A stretch of 64,000 nt of DNA from the human T2T-CHM13v2.0 reference genome, Homo sapiens, in the NCBI RefSeq assembly GCF_009914755.1, contig NC_060941.1. One strand, given 5' to 3'. This document shows, in pieces, positions 35,086-46,219 of this stretch; the first letter of the stretch is position 1, and every line of letters begins with the position of its first letter. A program made the translations under genes and the position numbers. The notes beneath the pieces are model-generated. The model saw only the letters and a list, made by a program, of their open reading frames with translations, was not told where the DNA came from and did no database searches.

Positions 35086-35132
<47 letters not shown>
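34748..35132. repeat. (CA)n at 34748-34783 and (TG)n at 35086-35132
   Basis: Read directly. Confidence 0.95.
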
Positions 35133-35133
<1 letters not shown>

Positions 35134-35644
35134 TGTGTCCTTATCAACTTCTGGAAGCTCTTTATATATTAGAGACACTGGCCCTTTGGTTGTGATACGG
35201 GTTGCAAATATTTTTTCTACTGGTCATGGTCATTTGACTTTGTTCTTAGTGGCTTTACTCATGCACAATACTTGTTATTTGTATGCAGTCATATATAACA
35301 GTCTTTACTTTTATGGTTCACAGATTTTGAATCTTGATTTTTTTAAGTCTAACGCAAAAATTATAAAGATGTTTGCCTATGTTTTCTTCTAGAACTTTTC
35401 TGGCTTTTTGTTTTAAATTCTTGATCCATTTGTAGTTTATGTTAGTATATGAAGTAAAGTATGAGTTAATCTTTTAAACAGTTAATTGCCACCAAGTTAC
35501 CCTATGTATTTATGAGCATGTCTGTTTTTCTCTACTTACTTGCAAGGCCAGTTTCATGATAAACTAAATTTTAATTTGTGTTTCTGTGTATTTCCAGATC
35601 CTACATTCTGTAACTTTGGTCTAATTATATGACAATACAACTCT

Positions 35645-35905
35645 TTTTATTATTTATATATATAATATATATTTAAATATATATAAATAATATATATCAT
35701 ATATAAATAATATAAATATATAATATATAAATATGAAATAATAAACATAAAAATATAATATAAAGATTTTAAAAAACAAATAAATAATAAAATTAAAAAT
35801 ATATAATTATTTATATAATATATATTTTATATATCTATATATTATAGTTATATAATTATATATTATATTTATATATCTATAAATAATATATATTATTTAT
35901 AGATA
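35645..35905. repeat. AT-rich low-complexity tract
   Basis: Nearly pure A/T with degenerate TATA repeats. Confidence 0.9.
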
Positions 35906-38197
35906 GCTTCCCTTGTTTTTCAGGTTTTAATTTTCCAGCTGTTCTTGCTCATTTAGTTTTTATGTTTAGATTTAAATAATCTCTTTTTAAAATTGATATA
36001 TAAAATAACTTCAGAATTGACAACTTTGTGATGTTGACTCTTCCTTCAAAGTATGTAACATTCCCTGATTCACTTATGCTTCTGTGTCCTTCAATATTAT
36101 TTTAACTTTTGCATTAGATAGGTTTATTGCAGATATTTTAGCTTTTTGTTGCTATTGAAAATTGGGTGTTTTCTTTCATTATATGTTATATTAAAGATAC
36201 TGAATTCTGCATATTAATTTTTATAGTTTCTTCTTATAATACTAATATAAGTACTTATATTCATTCTGAATTATTTTACTGTTTACAGTAGTTTTCTTTG
36301 ATTATCATGAATTCTCCAGATATATAGTCCTATCTTCTTCCATTTTAATCCCTCTAATTTCTTTCTCTTATCTAACTGTATTGGCCAATTAATATTACAT
36401 TGTACTTGTAATATGCACATGGCTGTTTTGTTCCTGAATTTAATAGAATGCCTGTAATCTCTCCCAATTAACATGATGTTCTTGGTGGACATATATATAC
36501 ATGTAAATATATATATAATGTTAAAGAACTATAGGTTACTATTTTATTGAGGACCTTTAAAAAACAACATGTATTGAGCTTTTTCAAATGCCTTTTTGAT
36601 GTATTAGAAAACAAATATATAATTTATTTGCATAGATACACAGAAATGATGAATTACATTAACTCTTTAAATGTTGACACATGCTTGTATTTCTGGAATT
36701 CTGTCTTTGCATCCTCATTAATAAGTAGGATTAATCTGAGTTTTCCTTTTCCTTTTCCTTTTCCTTTTTTTCTATCTTTAACAAGTTTTACAATTACTGT
36801 TATTCACACTTAAAAAATAGCTTAGGGCTGGGCACAGTAGCTCATGCCTATAGTCTTAGCTTCTCAAGAAACTGAGGTGAGAGGATCACTTGAGCCCAGG
36901 AGTTCAAGGCTGCAATGAGCTATGATCACATCACTGCACTCCAACCTGGGTGACAGAGCAAGATCCTGTCTCAAAAAGAAAAAAAGACTTGGGAATTTGT
37001 GTTATTTTTCTATGAATTTAGAACAATGTAAATAGTGTAAAAAATGCCTATTTTTCAAAAGTTTGGTAGAAGTTTTAGAAAACTGATTTTTTTATACCAG
37101 AATAATAGGCTGTTCCTCTATGGGCATATAGCCCATTATTTTGTCTTAGTTATAATTTATTCCATGGTAATAAGCTCTACTAAAATGGATCTTATTGAGC
37201 TTAAAAGGTGATTAGCAGCGCTTAATAGATTTACTGTTAGATTTTACATTGTTTATTGTGGACAGTTTCTAAAATATAAATTTGATATGTAAATGAATGC
37301 AAGGACCTTGGATAAAGGAAAAAATGAAATTCTAATGGGGGCAGTCATTATCTATTAATTTAATGATCCTTGACAGATATTTACACATATATAGGACATT
37401 TATGTATCAATTATAGTGCCAGATAAGCCACTGACTTACTGCACAGATTTAAGCAAGTGGTTTTCCCTCTCTGGGATTCTACAAAGACAGCAATGGATTC
37501 CTAAGCAAAGCCTATCATGGGAACAAGGGATAAGAGTAGAGAAAAGGCGTTGACCTTGGTCCTGAATTATTGTGTTTGTGCTGCTACGTGATTGTCCTAA
37601 ACCCAAAACATGGGAAGAAATGCATAATCCATCTCCATTTTAAATGTTTTGTTTTCCATCTTGACCTAGATTTATATTGTTTTCTCTTATTTACAACCAC
37701 CACTCCCGTGGAAAATCTGGCAAGGGCAGGCAGTTTTTTGGCTGCTCTCTGGTGCAGCATATGACTAGTTTGACTAGATAAAAGGTTTCCAATCTAGATG
37801 AACATAAAATCATGAGGGTAGTTTGAGAAAAGTACATATTGCAAGCCACTCTCCCCACATATTCCAATTTGTTATGAGTGGAGTAGGGACTCAGATATGT
37901 GTCCTTTTAAAAATGACCAGAAACACTGATGATCAGCCAGATTTGGGAACTACAAGAACAAATAGTCTTTAAGGGAAATAATGTTCCTGGATTCTATGTG
38001 TGGTCCTGCCTTAGCCAGTGGGGTCAGTAAGGGTTCATTTCTAAACCACTTATCACCAATAGGATTGTAACATCATCACGTCTTACAAATGGGTTTGCAG
38101 AGCACTTTCAGGATTTTACAAAACAAATATTATAGTTTAATCTCCCTTTATCCTAATATAGAAACTGGCTGGTGTTGAGAAGACAAACCATAATTAC

Positions 38198-38326
38198 CTG
38201 AAAATAAAAGTTGCTGGAGTTCCTTTTTATGTTCCAGGCCTTTCTTGGAGTACACTGGTCTGCTAAGGGGAGGCCCACTAGATAGACTCAGCTGACATTC
38301 AAAATCTTCAGACAACTGTAGAAGAT
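38198..38326 (-). CDS. SLFN11: SLFN11 coding exon 2 (aa 357-399, [43 protein letters not shown]), absent from the ORF track
   Basis: Acceptor ttttctttcttaAG (38328-38327), donor GTAATT (38197); 129 nt, phase 1-1, open in frame and joins both neighbouring exons. Confidence 0.97.
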
Positions 38327-39429
38327 CTTAAGAAAGAAAATTCATGTTATTCTGACGTGTTAATCTCTTCATACTGAAAGAGGCTCTATCAGTAGGTGGA
38401 ATGTGTGACTTTCTAAATAGTTTGACTTGAGAGATAATATCAAAATAACTCTCCTCTCACTCACTTACTCTAGATAAGTGCCTTTATTGCATATCAAGGT
38501 TGCCAAAACCCACCCTGAAAAGCCATTATTTGGAAGTTTAACTGTATTTCTCCATTCAGTATAATTCTTCATTCTCTGTATCTGGTTAGCATTTTGTTTG
38601 CACACCTGTTACGTTACCTAGCTCATTCTTTTAGTACTGCTGTCTGTGCATGTATCTTGTTTTACATCCCCTCTCCAACTGCCACCACCTCTCCTGAACC
38701 CAACTCTCAACTCTGTTCAATATCATCTCATCACTGATTTGTAATTACCATTACTCACACTTAAAAAATAGCTTAGGGCTTGGGCACAGTAGCTTGTGCC
38801 TGTAGCCTCAGCTACTCAAGAGACTGAAGTGAGAGGATCACTTGAGCCCAGGAGTTCAAGGCTGTAGTGGACTATGATCACGCCACTGCACTCCAGCCTG
38901 GGTGACATTCTGACACCTATGCTTATTCCTGAAGTTAAAATGAGAAATTGTGTGAAATCAAAGGACATTATAGAGTGCATTAACTTTTTCATGTGCTTTG
39001 GAGATTGGAGTCAGCTTTATAATATCTCCTTTCCAAGTACACATCCACTTTACTCAGAAGATTGTGTCCCAATTTTTATGTTCTCTCTGTGTTTCTCCAG
39101 GCTTAGGGTGTTCTCAGTTGTTCTAGAGACACTGAGATAGCCCACTAGCCTGCCAAATTATAGCATGATGGGGTAAATATAGAAACATGTTTGGGAAGCA
39201 GTAGTGATGCAAGGCAAGAAATATTTCAAACTGTTAGGAGCAGAGGGGTAGAGCAGATTATACCTGCTGGCATAGAGCATAATGGGTACATGGTGATGAG
39301 TGGAAGAAAAGGCAAAATATCAACAGGATAAACAGAGACACAGGACAATATGAAACGGTACTGAGGACAAACCTTGAATACACCCCTACCCCCGTGACCC
39401 TCATCACCCTGAAATACTTTCTGTTCTTT

Positions 39430-39989
<560 letters not shown>

Positions 39990-40019
39990 AAGAAAGCAAC
40001 CCCAGAAAGCAGTACTATC

Positions 40020-40438
40020 TATGCTGGTGATGGTTTAATAAACAGATCTAGTTGAGAAGAGATCCCTCGTTCATAGCCAACTGCCAGTTTCTGTTTTATA
40101 AATCTTCCTGCAATGGACAATTTCAAGCTCCTAGTGGATTATCACTAAATACAGAGTTGGAAAGCCATGCACAGTAGCACTCCATTTTATAGTATTCCCA
40201 CCACACAGATACAATAGATGTAAATAATCTCTCAAGCAAAGATAATAGTAAAATGTAGCAAATAATTAGGAAGTGGTGAGTTTGAATTTATTACATTTGT
40301 TTCTGATACGTTTTATTTAGGTGCAAGTATATACAATCTAATTTTTAGTAATAACTATGTTTAACAACTAGCTCAAAAATTCCTGAAAATTTAATAATTG
40401 ATTCTAAAGCCAGTAAGAGCCATTCCAGTACACCATTG
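40020..40438. mobile_element. hAT DNA transposon remnant (MER63-like)
   Basis: Terminus ...ccagtacaccattg and internal ttcctgaaaatttaa resemble MER63. Confidence 0.5.
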
Positions 40439-40693
40439 CAAGGGTGGCCATTCTCAAATAATTTTCTGTTCAGTTACTAATGTAGAAAATTGGCCATTTA
40501 TAGACATGTGAGTTAGGTTTCTAATCACCCAACAAAATTTTCTCATGTATGAAAAGTAGAATACTTGGGGATTCAAAATAAAGTGTTCAGTGGATGTAAG
40601 ATGTTCAAAGTCATAGGCAGCAAAGGAAAATTTAATATGGGAGGTCCCAAGGATGTAGAAAGGACAGGGAGGGAGGAGCTTTCTCCCTCTTAC

Positions 40694-41762
40694 CTGGATC
40701 TGTGTCTGTCATCATGCCTACCCATTTCTCGGTTGTCAGGCTGCAGACGTACTTGTCCTCCACTATCCATGAATTGGGAGCTTCTGAGAACACTGCACAG
40801 CAGAAGGGATTTACTCTGATCATGCAAGCATAGCCATAGAGCTCTCCCCTTTTTAACACATCCACAATTTTGAGTGTGAAGGTTATCGGGCGTTGGGGTT
40901 GGCAAAAATGAACACAAGGTAGTTTGTATATGGCTTGTTCTATTTTCCTTCTCAAAGAGTCAGGGTCAACATTTTCTTTTGCACATCCCAGGACTTCCCT
41001 ACTCTTATCATCCACTCCAATAAAAAGATAGCCTCCTCCAGTGTTTGCAAATGCAGGGACGTATTCTGGAATTGTCCTTTTTACATATTCTTGGAAGTGT
41101 TTTGTAGAGAACTGTTTAAACTCTACTAACTGAGACTCAGGAAAAGGCAGGATTTCACCATATTCAAGATAGTCTTTTTGGAAAATTAGGTCAGCAGGAT
41201 CCGAGTTTGGGTCAGCAGGATCCGAGTTAGGGAGCTCTTGGTATACACCCTTGTGAATTTTGTGAAAAGGTCCTTCTTCCAAGATTTTTGGCTTCCTTTT
41301 GGTCTTCAGGAAACAGAATGCCTCTCTTGAGTCCATGGAACGCACAGAGGTCTCAGATCTACGGTATAATGAAGAACTGAGGCTGCAAAGGCGGGGCTTG
41401 AAAGAGCGATCTTCAGGGAAAGGGCCACTGCTCCAAGATTTAACAAAAATGTAAAAACACCTTCCTTGTTGCTTGGTCTCAAAGAAAGCCTGCAGATCTG
41501 AAGACTGAATAAGCTCTCTCAAAGACTGTTCTAAATCCAGTCCCATCTCCACGGGATGCTCAACCTTCTTGGCCATTCGAATCACTCCTCCTCCTGAGTT
41601 TAATAAAGCACATGCAGCCCGCATAACTCTCTCCTTCTCTTGGTCTCTCTGAATTTTCTGCAGCTTTTTTCTGTTTTCTTCTCCAAGAGTCACTTCTCCT
41701 ACATTGATGACCAGGTCTGGGTAAGATGGTTCCACAACCAGGGGGCACTGATTTGCCTCCAT
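40694..41762 (-). CDS. SLFN11: SLFN11 coding exon 1 (aa 1-356): Schlafen core / AlbA_2 tRNA endoribonuclease domain
   Basis: ORF MEANQCPLVVEPSYPDLVINVGEV...; Schlafen motifs ALLNSGGG, ESQLVEFK (E209/E214/K216), AFANTGGGYLFIGVDD; Zn ligands H285, C287, C321, C322; donor GTAAGA at 40693; 1069 nt, phase 1. Confidence 0.99.
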
Positions 41763-43254
41763 GTTGAACTCACAGCTGAAACTATTAGAAGAAATGAATT
41801 GTTACATGCATGCAATTCATTTATTAAAAGGGTATTTATTTTGTGTCTAATATGTGCTGAGAGAAGACAATAGACTAGCAAGCAAGACAGGAGCAATCCC
41901 TTCTCTTTAGGAGAAGAATGGCTGGCAAGGAAGGGTGCTAATGAAATTAGCATTTAACATCATATATGATATGGGCTATGAGAGGAAAAATATACTAAAG
42001 GGGTATCTAAACTAATCTGAAGATGATGGTTCAAAAAGACTTCCAAGGCAAAGGTGACATTTAAAGACCTGAAGGATGCATTGGAATTGGCCAGGTGAAG
42101 TTATCAGCATTGAAGAATGGAAGCAGTGGAGCGCATGAAGGGCATGTGTACAATGGCATGAGACTATCTCAGTTTAGGTTGTTGATGTTCCAGTGAACAC
42201 CAACTTTAGGGGATGAGTAAAAGAAAACAACATTGAAAAGGAGACTTCAGAAAGGACTGACTGTGAAAAACCAGAGGTAGGAGAAAAACCAAGGGCATAT
42301 GGTATTAAGGAAGCCCAGAACAAAGTCACCTGCACAGAGGTCTCGGATCTATGGCATAATGAAAAACTGAGGCTGCAAAGGTGGGGTGTGACAGAGCCAA
42401 GGTGTCTAATACTGCTGACAGGTACAGCTAGGTGATGACTCAAAAGTGTTATTAGGTTTAGTAAAATTAAGGTTATTGGTGACTTTGAAAAATGCTGTTC
42501 AGACACCTGGGCAGTGGGCACCAGGAGGCAATAAACCAGAGGCTAAGGTCTTACAGACCAGAGTTCATGGAGATGGCTTGAATTCCACTTGTCATTAAAA
42601 GTATTATAACATTAACCTAGATATTTAATCTTTCTAACTCTGTTTTCTTACCTATAAAACATGGTGCATCCACCTTAATATGCCTGTTATTATGAGGATT
42701 AATTGAGAATAATTCTCAAAAAGTATTTAACACTATATTTTGGTTCACAGGTGTTTAGTAAAGGAATCTATATTAATTGTCCATTTCACAATGAGTCAAC
42801 GAATAAATGGGAGGTAAGGAAATAGTATCATCAAATACGCACAACTTGTTCACTATATGAAGCTATAAAGGGGAGAGGTAAAAAGAAATGTAGCTGGAGG
42901 AAAAGAGGAAGTTAAAGAATCTTATTAAGATGGGAAAGGCCTGAACTGAACATATTTAGATGGGAAGAAGCCAGTAGGGAAGTGAAAATTTAAAGAGGTA
43001 GAAGGAAGTTGGGATGATTGAGACAGTGAAAGCCCTGAAAAGAGAGGTAAGGAAGGAATGTGATCCAGGATGCAGAAGAAGGTCAGGAGGAGGAGAAATG
43101 GAGATAATAGGCATGGGCAAAGGTAGGCTTATCGCTTTGGTGGGAGGAAGCTGAAAGAGTCCCCTTCTGATAGCTTCACTTTTCTCTTTGAGGTAGGAAA
43201 TAAAGTCACCCCCTGAGACAGAGGCACTTGGTATAAAAACAGGACAAAAATATT

Positions 43255-43548
43255 TTTTGCGTGTGAGATGGGGTCTCACTCTGTCATCCAGGCTGGAGTG
43301 CAGTCACAGCTCACTGCAGCCTCAAACTCTGGGGCTCAAGTGATCCTCCCACCTCAGCCTCCTGAGTAGCTGGGACTACAGGCGCACAGCCACTATACCG
43401 AGCTAATTCTTTAAAATTTTTTTTTTTGTAGAGATGGGGGTCTCCCCATGTTGCCCAGGCTGGTCTCAAACTCCTGGGCTCAAGCAATCCTCCTGCCTTG
43501 GCCTCCCAAAGTGCTAGGGATTATAGGCATGAGCCACAATGCCCAGCT
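43255..43548 (-). mobile_element. AluJ
   Basis: Reverse Alu. Confidence 0.88.
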
Positions 43549-44304
43549 GACAAAAACATTTTAATAATAGAATGGAGACAGTTTGAAACAGACATTATAA
43601 AGAACAAGAAAGATATTTGACATGGGAAACAAACAACTTACAATGGAAGATTAATACAGCAGACAAAATAAGTAAATCATATCTTCAAGTATAAATAAAC
43701 TCTCAAAGCATGATGATAAATTTAAAAAGCAGGTTTGCAAAAAATAATATACAATAGAATAGCATTTAGATTAAAATATTTTAAAAACTGTAATAAATAC
43801 GTTTATGTTTAGTAAAAGGAGAAAAGCATAGTGAATAAAGATGCACTTATTTTTTACAGAGGTTACAAATAAGGATGGAAAATAATGAGATTGGAGAATT
43901 AAGCCTTTAACTGTACATACAATGCTGTAAGTTCAGAAGAAAAAGCACCTGTACCAAATACATCTCAGAGGTGGGTGGGACATAAATTTTTGTTGTTTTC
44001 TTGTCTTTGCACTTCTGGAATTCTGAATTATTACAACATTTTTTAAAAGCCATCCTCCTTCAAATTAAAAAGGTAGTCAGGGGAAAGGGTAGGATTTTAT
44101 CACAGAAGTAACTGAAATCTGGACTATGCATTCTAAGACAAATAGGTCAGGGAATGAGGGTGGCAGGGATCGCATTGATAGGAACGAAGTAAAAAGGTGA
44201 ATGGATTATAGGTCTCAATAAGGGAAATAATAAAGAAGGAGCGTGAACTTTGAAATAAAGATTATGAATAATCAAGATTAAGAATTGTTCAAAAAGATCA
44301 ATAT

Positions 44305-44503
44305 AATCAACAAATAACCGATATCACTATTTGAAAATTATTATTTAAAACGAAATTGTAAAAAATCAGTACAATCAACAAATACTTTGCATCATTATTT
44401 GAAAATTATTTTTTTTAAATAAAAATTTTAAATACAGTCAACAAATACCTTGCATCATTATTGGAAAATTATTAAAATAAAATAAAATTTAAAACAATCA
44501 GTA
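44305..44503. repeat. ~65-bp AT-rich unit, 3 diverged tandem copies
   Basis: a(a/g)tcaacaaata...catcattatt(t/g)gaaaattatt starting at 44305, 44373 and 44436. Confidence 0.8.
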
Positions 44504-44666
44504 AATTCATAAACTATTTTGAAGTCATCAAGGATATATACAATATGTAGAAGCAGACTATCACAGCCTTATTTTCCTTTCCTACAAAAATCCATCCTAT
44601 ACTAAAGGCTTGGAATTACAAGTCTCAGTGGGTGCTAGTAACTCTGAACAGATAAGGTGGATGTTA

Positions 44667-45040
<374 letters not shown>

Positions 45041-45496
45041 GAAGGCTGGCACATCCACATTCTTACCACCTTGCCTAGTTTAGACCCTTGCCTACAAATT
45101 TCTATTTCTCAAAATTCCATTCTGCATTCCAAGACCATTGAAACATCTTTGTCAAGTTATTTGTAAAATATTCCTTTCGATGTACAGGGATTTCAAAGTT
45201 AAATATTTTCCCTGCCCCATAAACTTTATTGTCAAAGCCAATAGATTATAGTTTTTGGTTGGCAATTGTATTTAAACAGCAACCCCACCATCTGCTTAGA
45301 TTCTTTTGCAGGCAAAAAAGGCTTAGGGAGCTCTATCTCAAGCTCTTTCCTTAGGATTAAAGGAATTATAATCAGCATCACTTGCACATTTTTTGTAAGG
45401 TAGAGATATTGTCCCATATAAATTTGAAATCCTAAATAAAATTAAACTAAGTCAATAAGAAATTAAGAATTCAGAAAAGAAACTCAGTACACTTAC

Positions 45497-45656
45497 AAAA
45501 GCACTTCAGAAACAAAAGCACCTGATTCTAGTCAGTTTACAGGATAACTTTTTCAAACCTTTCAGTGTAGCCAGAGTTCCCACCAACACAGTGAATTAGC
45601 ACCACCTGCTATCTCTTTCCACCAAAAGCAGTCCTGAAGGCTATGTATACAGAAAC
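45497..45656 (-). other. SLFN11: Probable SLFN11 5' UTR exon
   Basis: Acceptor ctctgtctacatAG (45658-45657) and consensus donor GTAAGT (45496-45491) in unique sequence. Confidence 0.6.
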
Positions 45657-45725
45657 CTATGTAGACAGAGGTAACAGAGTTCAAGGATTAAGACTCAGTT
45701 TTCCTAGGTTCAAATCTCAGCTCTG

Positions 45726-45828
45726 CCATTTATTAGCTGTACGGTTTCCATTTATTAGCTGTATGGTTTCCATTTATTAGCTGTATGGTTTCCATTTATT
45801 AGCTGTACGGTTTCCATTTATTAGCTGT
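45726..45828. repeat. 22-bp minisatellite ccatttattagctgtaYggttt x4.7
   Basis: Units start at 45726, 45748, 45770, 45792, with a partial unit at 45814; grows out of a MIR fragment. Confidence 0.95.
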
Positions 45829-45976
45829 CCCCATTTCTCCCCATGCCCCAGGATCTAGTCCTGCAGGACCCCTGATGGAGCAGTGACTCTGATGTGGACA
45901 TGCAGGGACAACCACCCCCAAGCGAGGGGCTCAGTGGGTAGCATCTGTGCATTTCTCCCCTGCCAAGAAGGCTTAC

Positions 45977-46171
45977 CTAGTTTGCTCAGCAAACTCCCTA
46001 AAAGGTGAGGAATTAGCCTGGGAAAACTTTGCAATGTCAAATTGTCAAGTAGTGCCCAATTTTCTGTATGCTTCTGGGTGGTTCTTATTTTTTTGTTTTA
46101 CTTCCCCTTTCCTTCCATCCTCCCACCCATCTCCCCTAGATCACAGGGGATTGGCTAGCCTCAGATAGAAA
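45977..46171 (-). other. SLFN11: Possible alternative SLFN11 5' UTR exon
   Basis: Acceptor catttccctttctgttcAG (46173-46172), donor AG|GTAAGC (45976). Boundaries are inferred from motifs only. Confidence 0.35.
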
Positions 46172-46219
46172 CTGAACAGAAAGGGAAATGGGAGGGCAGA
46201 ACAAGACGGTGTAATAGAA

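Noticed and set aside
42174-42521. 115-aa ORF containing a Schlafen-like peptide
   Set aside because: Similarity is confined to the 55-bp insertion; the rest is L2-like, so this is not a second SLFN exon.
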